Positions 20,916 through 31,760 of a DNA stretch of 33,102 nt are shown in pieces; position 1 is the first letter of the stretch; every line of letters begins with the position of its first letter. Under the pieces are notes generated by a model, which saw only the letters and a program-made list of their open reading frames with translations, was not told where the DNA came from and did not search any database. Source of the stretch: Octopus bimaculoides (taxonomy: Eukaryota); the NCBI RefSeq assembly GCF_001194135.2, contig NC_068998.1, forward strand, positions 42,967,303-43,000,404, in the 5' to 3' direction. Made by a program: the position numbers and the translations under genes.

Positions 20916-21028
20916 AATTCAAAATATAAACAATAATAAGTTATGAAATGAATTTTTAAGTTTTCAAAATGAAAGAAAACTAAAACAATAAGATGGAAAA
21001 TAATTCCTACTTATATAATGCTTATATG

Positions 21029-21173
21029 ATTGTTGTTGTTGGCACTCCATCACTTATGAAGTCAAGGGTTCCAGTTGATCCGATCAACGGAACAGCCTAC
21101 TCGTGAAATTAACGTGCAAGTGGCTGAGCGCTCCACAGACACATGTACCCTTAATGTAGTTCTTGGGGATATA
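21029..21173 (-). mobile_element. SINE family E, 3' half with (CAA)n tail
   Basis: (ttg)n tail on the plus strand; body ttccagttgatccgatcaacggaacagcc...gtgcaagtggctgag shared in part with 17250. Confidence 0.7.
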
Positions 21174-21175
21174 AG

Positions 21176-21293
21176 GTTTTAGTCAGCTGGAAGGTTTAGT
21201 AGAAGACACTTGCCCAAGGTGCCATGCAGTGGGATTGAACCCAGAACCCTGTGGCTGGGAAGCAAGCTCCTTATCACACAGCCATGCCTACAC
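21176..21293 (-). mobile_element. SINE family C, 5' head
   Basis: agtagaagacacttgcccaaggtgccatgcagtgggattgaacccagaacc is the reverse complement of the tRNA plus CORE head. Confidence 0.88.
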
Positions 21294-21319
21294 CTATGAT
21301 AAATTTTAAAAAAATCAAA

Positions 21320-21374
21320 TTTGAATAAGTAAGCATTACCTTTGACAGAGTAATCTGAAAGATTAAAGGATTAA
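21320..21374 (+). mobile_element. Right-end fragment of the piggyBac-like MITE
   Basis: gaataagtaagcattacctttgacagagtaatctgaaagattaaaggattaa matches 5010-5062. Confidence 0.65.
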
Positions 21375-21395
21375 TAATCTAGACAAGGAAGGACA

Positions 21396-21530
21396 CATCA
21401 TCATTTAATGTCTGTTTTCCATGCTGGCATGGGTTGGTCTGCTTGATAAAAGCTGGGCAGCTGAAGAACTGCCTGGGCTCCATGTCTGTTTTGTCATGGT
21501 TTCTATGGCTGGATGCCCTTTCTAAGACCA
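21396..21530 (-). mobile_element. SINE family A, older subfamily
   Basis: catcatcatttaatgtctgttttccatgctggcatgggttgg...ggctggatgcccttt. Confidence 0.82.
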
Positions 21531-22170
21531 ATGCGGTCTCAGGTAAACAATGTCTGAGGGGAAAAGACAAGTCGAACAAGGTTGAAGAGTACCTCTAATC
21601 ATTGGCTTGCTCACTCAGGACTTTCCTAGGGTTAAACTATTACAATAACGGCAGCAGCAGCAGAAACAGCAGCAACAGCCTATGCTCTCCTAATCTTCCT
21701 AGTCACATGGTGTAGTAATTTGGTAATATTTCTCACCCAATACTGCACAAGTCACAATTATTTGGAATTTAATGTGGTCTATGTTTATTGAGAAATATCT
21801 ATCGATAATAATTGAGCATAAACTATTTTTTATTGAAGAAATATATTGTCGTTTACATGAACTTTTTCCCCCACGAACAGTACAAAACAAATAAATTTTA
21901 TTTTCCTTGGCACTCAAAATTTTATTTGTTATTAAACTGAACAAATATTATCAGAGTTACATTTGTTTTTCTTTATTGTTTTTTTTCTAGTTTTGTTTTC
22001 ATATCATCCAAGATTTGGAAAAAAAAAATAATGAAAATGGAAAAAAAAAAGTTAAAATGAATATTTTAGAAGCTTTTAGATTAGAGAAAATATATTTCAT
22101 TTATTAATGAAAAAATTAACAAATCATATGAACATATCTAAACAATGAAAAAAAAGAAGAAAAATATGTG

Positions 22171-22217
<47 letters not shown>

Positions 22218-22897
22218 GAAATTAATAAAAAAAAAAGCTAATGTAATCAACAATCATTAACTTTACCTAATTACTTTTGTCACCTTTTCTATAGTAATTT
22301 ATTAATTCATAAAACCTTTTGAAACTAAAAGAAAATAGAGTAATTTACCAAAAGGTCAAAAGGTTACTTTTACCAAAAAGAAGAGAAAAACAAAAAGTCT
22401 CTTGTTATATTGTTCAAAAGTTTCTGTCAAGGCAAGGAGGTAAATGTTATGTCTTTATGTTCCATTTGTCTTAATTTTTCCTTGTCTTTTTACATTTTTC
22501 ATGAAATTATCAGATGCTGTATTTTTTTTTTTAATTGATTTCAAAAGTTTGCCTTAAAAACCGGGTTGCTTTCAACTAAAATGCTTTACAAAATAATAAA
22601 CACTAATGAAAGCCTATCACAACCACATTATGTGTGTGATCAGACGATAGCATTACATTGCTATGTCTGTGATTTGTCTTCTTTCTATATCTGATGTAAA
22701 AGACAAGCAGTTTCTATAACAAATCACTCATTCTTGCTCCCCTGAGCAAACCAGACAGCCAGTTTGTCTGTGGTTTCTATGTCTGTAAAAGATAGCAACC
22801 AAATCTTCTTCAAACCACATGCCACAAATTAAAAAAGAAAGAAGAAAAACAAGTGGACAATAGAAAATGTAGTCTTCAATATGTAAATAGATGAAAA

Positions 22898-23500
22898 TGG
22901 TAAACTGGCAGAATCATTAACATGCTGAGCAAAATACTTAGCATTATTTCATCTGTAGTAAAGTTTGTTTGCTAACATAACATGGCAGTCCTGGTTTAGG
23001 ACTAATGTTGCTGTAATTTAGCCCCAGGAGACATCGTCTCCAGCTGGCTATACGACATGATCTGTGTCCTTATATTTTCGAACAAGTGAATCTAGCACCC
23101 CCACTCAGCTCAAAACAATATCTGTGTATCACGATTTCTGGGTTATTTTTCTTCATCAGCACAGAATAATTATTCGGTTAGAGGTGGCGCTGCCAAATCT
23201 CTGTTCGAAATATATAGTTTTCAAAGTGACAACTAGTCACTGATCTATAAATTGGAAAATTACTATTGTTAAATCTCACAATGAGAGATATTCAGCAACA
23301 GTACTTTGGAGTAAAGATTGTCCTAAACCAAGACTGCCATGTTATATTGGCAAACAATCTTTACTACAAAGTACTGTTACTGAATATCTCTCGTTGTGAG
23401 ATTTAAAAATAGTAAATTTCTAATTATTTCATCTGTCTTAATATTTCGAGTTCAAATTCCATCGAAGCTGACTTTGCCTTTCATCCTTTCAGGGTTGATA
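22898..23500 (+). mobile_element. SINE family B split by a 466-bp insertion
   Basis: Head gtaaactggcagaatcattaacatgc...attatttcatctgt (to 22956) resumes at 23423 as attatttcatctgtcttaatatttcgagttcaaattcc...gcctttcatcctttcagggttgata. Confidence 0.85.
22957..23422. mobile_element. Fold-back insertion with nested inverted repeats and a 14-bp TSD; class unknown
   Basis: 22954-23002 is inverted at 23320-23368 (45/49 identical). Hairpin arms 23255-23321 and 23354-23420 (62/67). TSD attatttcatctgt at 22943-22956 and 23423-23436. Confidence 0.8.
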
Positions 23501-23504
23501 TTTT

Positions 23505-24216
23505 ACGTATTACCATGGTAATGTGGTGATGCACCATCTTGCCGAAAATAAAACTCCACATCTTCAAAGACTTCTTCAATGCTTGGCATAATACATTGTC
23601 ACAAGTTAAAGAAAATGGAACCAGGTACAATACCATCAAACAAGAATGGCCCAAGTAATCCTTATGATGATAAACCACTCTGCATTGTAACTCCTTGTTA
23701 TTAAGAGGATGTTCTTCTGTAAAATGCAGATTCTCAGGTACTCAGTAGGTTCAAGTATCTTGGTTAATTGAGCATTTTATGTTAAATGTAGTCTCATCAC
23801 ACCAAACAATCTTTGTTGAAAAGTGTAATTATTCCAAAAAATCTTGCCAAGTACCAATTGCAAAACTCTGCCCTTAGGTCAAGGACATCTTCATTGAAGG
23901 CATGGATCTTTCTTGGAATTCAGCATTTCAAAGTGCAATGGACACTCAAAATTATTATTTCGGTCTCAAAACCTGCTTTCTGTGCAGATTTTCTTAAACA
24001 TTTTTCTAGTACACTTTCTTGCTGTGTGGGTCTTATCAATGCCTGCAGTCTTCTTGAATGTTTCTTGTGGACAGGACATTCTGAACAATTCCACCTGCAT
24101 CAATCTTATCTCTGATTCGAGTGATGGTAAATCACATAGGTATATTTCTTTGACACTCTCTCTCCACCACTAAATTTTCATTGCATCACAACTCCATTTT
24201 CCTTTGTTGAAAGCTC
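23505..24216 (-). mobile_element. Decayed Tc1/mariner-superfamily transposase (DUF4817/HTH-type lineage)
   Basis: Minus strand, with stops and frameshifts: TITRIRDKIDAGGIVQNV; IHAFNEDVLDLRAEFCNWYLA; TKIVWCDETTF (first Asp); GVT...GLSS*GLLGPFLFDG; VEFYFRQDGASPHYH (second Asp). The third acidic residue and the TIRs are not seen. Confidence 0.88.
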
Positions 24217-24927
24217 TATATTAAAGATATTTCATGATTCTTTTTTGTTCATATTAGTCTTTTCACTGTTTTTTTCTTATAAATCTATTCACATTTCATG
24301 ACCTCAGTTTCATAATGAGAATGAAATGATATTTGTATTGTAAGGTTAGTCACGCACTCTGCATTAAATAACAAATTATCATAGGAATACTAGTATTACA
24401 CACAAAATCATCAATGCCAGATTTAAAATTATTCAACAGTTAACACTTTTCAGATTTTAGAGTTTATTCTATGAATACTGCAGTTGTGTATCATGCTTTT
24501 GTCCGTGTTTTGTAATTAATAAACTTTTGTTATTAATTGCATTTTCATTGAGCATTATTTCTTTTTTTTTTGTGTGTGTGGAATTGTAAGTATATATGAT
24601 CATAGTGTTATCCGTTTATGCATTTCTATATGATTTTATCACATGTATTGTATTATAAACTGTTGCAATGGCTCCTTGGTGTAACTGCATGGCCAACCAA
24701 CAAGAAAGAGTCATACTTGTTTGCCCAATGTGGCAGATTGAGTCATGACATTTACAACTTCCATGTATACAGAGTAATTTGTACGTTGGTTTGCTTGACT
24801 GAAATGCATTTGGTGGTTTGTGACATTGTGGTTTTGTGTTGATGAGAAGGTTTTTCATTCAAGCGTTTTGTAATATATTCTAAATATGAGCTTGTGGCTT
24901 AGGTTTGATGCCTGGAGAATTCTATTT

Positions 24928-26470
24928 TATATGTATGTATACATACATACATACATACATACATATGTAATCATGTATATATTTGTATACATAAATGCAT
25001 ACACATACATGTGTGTACATATATAAATATACATATGTGTGGTATACTTCTGTGGTATATGTATATGTGTGTGCAGGTGTGTATATATATTTATGTATAT
25101 ATATATGTGTGTATATATATACATATATGTATATATATACATATATATGCAAATATACATATATGTATATATATATACATATATATGCAAATATACATAT
25201 ATGTATATATATACATATATATGCAAATATACATATATGTATATATATACATATATATGCAAATATACATATATGTAAATATATACATATATATGCANNN
25301 NNNNNNNNNNNNNNNNNNNNNNNNNNNNNNNNNNNNNNNNNNNNNNNNNNNNNNNNNNNNNNNNNNNNNNNNNNNNNNNNNNNNNNNNNNNNNNNNNNNN
25401 NNNNNNNNNNNNNNNNNNNNNNNNNNNNNNNNNNNNNNNNNNNNNNNNNNNNNNNNNNNNNNNNNNNNNNNNNNNNNNNNNNNNNNNNNNNNNNNNNNNN
25501 NNNNNNNNNNNNNNNNNNNNNNNNNNNNNNNNNNNNNNNNNNNNNNNNNNNNNNNNNNNNNNNNNNNNNNNNNNNNNNNNNNNNNNNNNNNNNNNNNNNN
25601 NNNNNNNNNNNNNNNNNNNNNNNNNNNNNNNNNNNNNNNNNNNNNNNNNNNNNNNNNNNNNNNNNNNNNNNNNNNNNNNNNNNNNNNNNNNNNNNNNNNN
25701 NNNNNNNNNNNNNNNNNNNNNNNNNNNNNNNNNNNNNNNNNNNNNNNNNNNNNNNNNNNNNNNNNNNNNNNNNNNNNNNNNNNNNNNNNNNNNNNNNNNN
25801 NNNNNNNNNNNNNNNNNNNNNNNNNNNNNNNNNNNNNNNNNNNNNNNNNNNNNNNNNNNNNNNNNNNNNNNNNNNNNNNNNNNNNNNNNNNNNNNNNNNN
25901 NNNNNNNNNNNNNNNNNNNNNNNNNNNNNNNNNNNNNNNNNNNNNNNNNNNNNNNNNNNNNNNNNNNNNNNNNNNNNNNNNNNNNNNNNNNNNNNNNNNN
26001 NNNNNNNNNNNNNNNNNNNNNNNNNNNNNNNNNNNNNNNNNNNNNNNNNNNNNNNNNNNNNNNNNNNNNNNNNNNNNNNNNNNNNNNNNNNNNNNNNNNN
26101 NNNNNNNNNNNNNNNNNNNNNNNNNNNNNNNNNNNNNNNNNNNNNNNNNNNNNNNNNNNNNNNNNNNNNNNNNNNNNNNNNNNNNNNNNNNNNNNNNNNN
26201 NNNNNNNNNNNNNNNNNNNNNNNNNNNNNNNNNNNNNNNNNNNNNNNNNNNNNNNNNNNNNNNNNNNNNNNNNNNNNNNNNNNNNNNNATATATATGTGT
26301 GTGTGTATGTGTGTATATGTATATATATATATGTGTGTGTGTATGTGTGTATATGTATATATATATATGTGTGCGTGTATGTGTGTATATGTATATATAT
26401 ATATGTGTGCGTATATATATATATGTATATATAAATATGTGTGTGCGTATATATATATATATGATTATTT
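24928..26470. repeat. Compound TA-rich micro/minisatellite (36-bp units) spanning a 991-bp gap
   Basis: gcaaatatacatatatgtatatatatacatatatat repeats start at 25149, 25187, 25223, 25259 and 25295. A different unit of about 36 bp follows the gap. Confidence 0.92.
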
Positions 26471-26697
26471 ATGCATGTATATTCATGTAAATATGTGCGT
26501 ATGTTTATATCTTCCTTCTTTTTTAATGTCCATGTGTTGCATGTTTGATCCTGAACATGTCATCATTTCATTTTCATGGGCAGGGCTTATATCCCTGATT
26601 CCCCTTCATATAATGGTAGTCCTCTCGTTATTTTTATTCTTTGAAGAGTATTCACAGAAAGAAGATTATTTTGTAGGGTCAATTTTGTTCATGTTTT

Positions 26698-27011
26698 ATC
26701 TATCTATCTATCTATCTATTTATCTATCTGTCTGTCTGTCTGTCTGTCTGTCTAATCTATCGAACTATCTGTCTAATCTGTGTATGTATGTATCTATCTA
26801 TCTATCTACGTCTGTCTGTCTAATCTATCTATCTATTTATCTCTCTCCCTATCTATCTGTCTGTTTGTCTGTCTGTGTGTCTAATCTATCTATCTATTTA
26901 TCTCGTTCTCTATCTATGTATCTGTCTATCTGTCTAATCTATCACTCTCTCTCTCTATTTGTCTGTCTGTCTAATCTAGCTGTCTAATCTATCTATCTAT
27001 CTATCTATCTA
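26698..27011. repeat. (TATC)n/(TGTC)n tetranucleotide array
   Basis: Directly visible. Confidence 0.95.
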
Positions 27012-27695
27012 NNNNNNNNNNNNNNNNNNNNNNNNNNNNNNNNNNNNNNNNNNNNNNNNNNNNNNNNNNNNNNNNNNNNNNNNNNNNNNNNNNNNNNNNN
27101 NNNNNNNNNNNNNNNNNNNNNNNNNNNNNNNNNNNNNNNNNNNNNNNNNNNNNNNNNNNNNNNNNNNNNNNNNNNNNNNNNNNNNNNNNNNNNNNNNNNN
27201 NNNNNNNNNNNNNNNNNNNNNNNNNNNNNNNNNNNNNNNNNNNNNNNNNNNNNNNNNNNNNNNNNNNNNNNNNNNNNNNNNNNNNNNNNNNNNNNNNNNN
27301 NNNNNNNNNNNNNNNNNNNNNNNNNNNNNNNNNNNNNNNNNNNNNNNNNNNNNNNNNNNNNNNNNNNNNNNNNNNNNNNNNNNNNNNNNNNNNNNNNNNN
27401 NNNNNNNNNNNNNNNNNNNNNNNNNNNNNNNNNNNNNNNNNNNNNNNNNNNNNNNNNNNNNNNNNNNNNNNNNNNNNNNNNNNNNNNNNNNNNNNNNNNN
27501 NNNNNNNNNNNNNNNNNNNNNNNNNNNNNNNNNNNNNNNNNNNNNNNNNNNNNNNNNNNNNNNNNNNNNNNNNNNNNNNNNNNNNNNNNNNNNNNNNNNN
27601 NNNNNNNNNNNNNNNNNNNNNNNNNNNNNNNNNNNNNNNNNNNNNNNNNNNNNNNNNNNNNNNNNNNNNNNNNNNNNNNNNNNNNNNNNNNNNNN

Positions 27696-28500
27696 CCTCC
27701 TCCTCCTCTTCCACCCTCCTCCTACACCACCTCTTCCTCCACACCTCTTCCACCTACACCACCACCACCACCACCACCTCCGCTCCTCCTCTCTTCATCT
27801 TGACCATTACCACCACCACCACCACCACAACTGTCATCATCATCATCTTCGTCATCATCATCATCATCATCATACTCATCCTTCTCTTCTGCTCTCTCAT
27901 CAGCATCGTTTTCATTACGATCACCACCAACGCCAGTATCATTTAGACATCATCATCATCATTACCATCATCATCATCTACATTGTCAGCACTTCCTTCA
28001 TTTACTCATCATTACCATCAGCATTGTCCACCTTACCTTCAAAATCACCACCATAACCATCAACTCTGCTTATAAACACTATTACCACCACCACCACCAC
28101 CGTCACATTATCTTCATCAGCAGCAGCAGTACTAATTGTAGCAACAGCATCAGTGGCATCATCATCATTGTCATTGTCATCATAATCATCACCGTCCTCC
28201 TTGTTGTCATCAATTCTGACAACACTGCTTCTGTCACCACCATTGTCTCTAGTACTGCAACCACCCCACTCCGACACCAACGCCAATATCGCCACAACTA
28301 ACACCACCACCAACACCACCATCACCAACAACATCAACACTGACACCACTACTGACACCGCACCGTCATCACTGCCAACACCAAAGCCACCACACCACCC
28401 CCACTACTACTACCACCACCACCACCACCACCATCACCACCACCACTTAACGATCACTGCCATTTTCTCATTCTTCATTCTTGTCATTGTTATCATCATT
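27696..28500. repeat. Cryptic trinucleotide array grading (CCT)n to (CAC)n to (CAT)n and (CAA/CAC)n
   Basis: Directly visible low-complexity sequence. Confidence 0.9.
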
Positions 28501-29644
28501 CATTCCGTTTGCTCTTTTACCGTTTCCTTTCACTAAAAGAACTCCATGCAAAGGAATAAAAAAATATGAATATTGTTAAATTTAATGTCGTTATAAATTG
28601 ATTCATTAAATTGCAGGTATAATTTAATGAATCCTTTTTAATTTAATCCACCTCACTAACTGACATAATTGCCAAAATTGTTCTGAAGCCTAATCTACAT
28701 AAATTGACTGAAGGTGAATCTCTTCAACGAATTTGTATTTTAATTTGTATTTTNNNNNNNNNNNNNNNNNNNNNNNNNNNNNNNNNNNNNNNNNNNNNNN
28801 NNNNNNNNNNNNNNNNNNNNNNNNNNNNNNNNNNNNNNNNNNNNNNNNNNNNNNNNNNNNNNNNNNNNNNNNNNNNNNNNNNNNNNNNNNNNNNNNNNNN
28901 NNNNNNNNNNNNNNNNNNNNNNNNNNNNNNNNNNNNNNNNNNNNNNNNNNNNNNNNNNNNNNNNNNNNNNNNNNNNNNNNNNNNNNNNNNNNNNNNNNNN
29001 NNNNNNNNNNNNNNNNNNNNNNNNNNNNNNNNNNNNNNNNNNNNNNNNNNNNNNNNNNNNNNNNNNNNNNNNNNNNNNNNNNNNNNNNNNNNNNNNNNNN
29101 NNNNNNNNNNNNNNNNNNNNNNNNNNNNNNNNNNNNNNNNNNNNNNNNNNNNNNNNNNNNNNNNNNNNNNNNNNNNNNNNNNNNNNNNNNNNNNNNNNNN
29201 NNNNNNNNNNNNNNNNNNNNNNNNNNNNNNNNNNNNNNNNNNNNNNNNNNNNNNNNNNNNNNNNNNNNNNNNNNNNNNNNNNNNNNNNNNNNNNNNNNNN
29301 NNNNNNNNNNNNNNNNNNNNNNNNNNNNNNNNNNNNNNNNNNNNNNNNNNNNNNNNNNNNNNNNNNNNNNNNNNNNNNNNNNNNNNNNNNNNNNNNNNNN
29401 NNNNNNNNNNNNNNNNNNNNNNNNNNNNNNNNNNNNNNNNNNNNNNNNNNNNNNNNNNNNNNNNNNNNNNNNNNNNNNNNNNNNNNNNNNNNNNNNNNNN
29501 NNNNNNNNNNNNNNNNNNNNNNNNNNNNNNNNNNNNNNNNNNNNNNNNNNNNNNNNNNNNNNNNNNNNNNNNNNNNNNNNNNNNNNNNNNNNNNNNNNNN
29601 NNNNNNNNNNNNNNNNNNNNNNNNNNNNNNNNNNNNNNNNNNAT

Positions 29645-29775
29645 ATAGGGATAATTCACACAAAAAAAAACAACAGACGAAGACAGGTGGTGTAGACAAC
29701 AAACAGATGTATTAGTTTAATGCTCGGGAAGGAGCCTATGCTCTTCCACAGAAAGGAACGCAGAAAGAAACAAGG
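29645..29775. mobile_element. Possible Penelope-like or other interspersed repeat remnant
   Basis: gataattcacac...gacgaagacaggtggtgtagacaacaaacagatgtattagtttaatgctcgggaag..gagcctatgctcttcc matches a repeat I recall from octopus DNA. Single copy here; the class is a guess. Confidence 0.25.
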
Positions 29776-30215
29776 AGAAAAAAAGAAAAAAAGGAGAGAA
29801 AATATATGTGTGTGTGTGTGTGTATGTAAAAACATATATATATACACACACACACACACACAGAGTAATTGCTTGACTATTGTGGGTGTTATGTTTACAT
29901 TCCAAAGTCTCTCTCAAAAATAATTAAAATCTAAACAATATACAAATAGCTATCGGCTACAAAAACCTGCAATACACTGAAGAGTCTGCAATATAAATTT
30001 ACATATATTAGACAGAAAAAATCTACGACATACTGAGTGCGTGATAGGTGAACCGTGATGTATTGAGTGCACGATAGGTAAACCACAATATGATGAGGGA
30101 TTACTGTATATACATATATATGTATAATATATATAGTATATATTATATATATACTATATATATACATATATGTATATTATATATATATATACATATTATA
30201 TATATATAAATATAT

Positions 30216-30378
30216 GACCGGCTTCTTGCAGTTTCTGTCTACTAAATCCGCTCACTAGACTTTGGTCGTTCTGAGGTTATAGTAGAAGTCACTTGCCCAA
30301 AGTGCCATGTAATTGAACTGAACCCAGAACCATGTGGTTGGGAAGCAAATTTCTTAGCACACAGCTATGCCTGCACCT
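30216..30378 (-). mobile_element. SINE family C, 5' half
   Basis: ggcttcttgcagtttctgtctactaaatcc...atagtagaagtcacttgcccaaagtgcc...gaacccagaaccatgtggttggga. Confidence 0.88.
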
Positions 30379-30739
30379 GGAGAAGTTTTAACAATAGATT
30401 TATGCTTCATAATCTAATGAGGATCTGAGCTAGAAGCAATATTGGATTTATAAAAGATGGTAATCAGGCTGCTTTAGAGATCAACTCTGAAGGTGTTATG
30501 GCGGAAGGGTTTAATGTGCAGCAATTCTCTCATATGGACTAACCTTATATGCAAGGAGGAAGGAGAGAAGGAAGAGGTAAAAGCTGAAGGAGGAGGAGGA
30601 GGAGGAGACAATGCTGACATCAGTGATGCCAATACAACCACTACTACTAATAATGTGTAATAACTTGAATTCCAAAGCCATATTCTTTACTTACCATCCA
30701 AGATTTTTCAAAATTAGACAACAGTACTTGTCATTTTAT

Positions 30740-30968
30740 ACAATCTATCTATTTATCTATCTATCTATCTATCTATCTATGTTTGTATGTATGTGCACAT
30801 ATGTGTATATATATATATGTATGTATGCACACACACACACACACACATGTATGTATATACACATATGTATGTATTCCATGGTATATAAGTCTATAGCCAA
30901 TAGTTTCCACATGATTTTCTTTGAACCCAAACATCTACACTTGATAATTAAGTTAAGTTAAACTGATA

Positions 30969-31044
<76 letters not shown>

Positions 31045-31110
31045 NNNNNNNNNNTATATATATACACATATATATATATATACACATACATATATACACA
31101 TACACATGCA
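30740..31110. repeat. (TATC)n, (TA)n and (CA)n microsatellites
   Basis: Directly visible. Confidence 0.92.
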
Positions 31111-31147
31111 TGCAATCATATATAATCTTAATAACATTTATATCAAA

Positions 31148-31305
31148 GTTGGCAGTGTGTTCAGTGGTTTCTTTCCCAACCACATGGTTCAAGGTTCAGT
31201 CCCTCTACATGGAATCTATGGCAAGGGTCTTCTACAACAGCTCCAGGCTGACTGAAACCTTGTCAGTAGATTTGGTAAATGGAAACTACAAGAAACCTGT
31301 CATAT
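31148..31305 (+). mobile_element. SINE family C, 5' half, strongly diverged
   Basis: cccaaccacatggttcaaggttcagtccc...ggcaagggtcttctac...gatttggtaaatggaaactacaagaaacctgtcatatata. Confidence 0.78.
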
Positions 31306-31704
31306 ATATGTATCTTTAAGTTTTACTTGTTTCCGCCTTGCAGAATTTTCAGTCTAATGAATCAACCCTTTACTTCACTTTTTAAATGCCGGTACTTACT
31401 ATATTGGTTCCTTTTTCCAAACCACCAGCTGTCAACTGGTGGAAGTGGAGCAGGGGGCTTTGCTTATTACTATTCACCTCAGTGAGAAAAAAAAAAACTA
31501 AAAAAACCTTCATTTTGCAGTTGAATGATTCATATTTGAAAGGACACCCAACCAACAGTAAAATTAACTGTTTCAGAATTTGATCTCTGAAAGTATGTGA
31601 AGGGTGAAAACGAATGTGAAATAATAAGAAAAATGGATATTTCATTTATTAACAGTTTTTTATATCAACCTGCCCATGGCAATTTCTATGATGCACACAT
31701 CCTG

Positions 31705-31760
31705 TGTGAAGATGCATGACTTCGTGGTTAGAGTTTTCAGCTCACGATTGTGAGCTGAAC
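31705..31760 (+). mobile_element. SINE family F head remnant
   Basis: tgtgaagatgcatgacttcgtggttagagttttcagctcacgattg resembles the reverse complement of 5835-5880. Confidence 0.5.

Noticed and set aside
23092-23192. CTCF-like words in the fold-back insert (ctagcaccccc; agaggtggcgctg)
   Set aside because: Only partial matches to the core; not distinguishable from chance without a PWM scan.
27754-28536. Mucin-like Thr-rich and Asp/Val-rich ORFs
   Set aside because: Cryptic trinucleotide repeat; overlapping ORFs on both strands; no splice or domain support.
570-29702. Long ORFs (270-658 aa) in the ORF track
   Set aside because: They consist of X from N-gaps and dinucleotide-repeat translations (I/Y/C/V/H/T); no real coding signal.
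31386-31645. Overlapping short ORFs with an apparent acceptor (ttttgcag) and donor (gtatgt)
   Set aside because: All three frames between the sites contain stops; no homology recognised.
1878-31760. tRNA genes suggested by A/B boxes
   Set aside because: All boxes are SINE heads continuing into SINE bodies; I see no complete cloverleaf.
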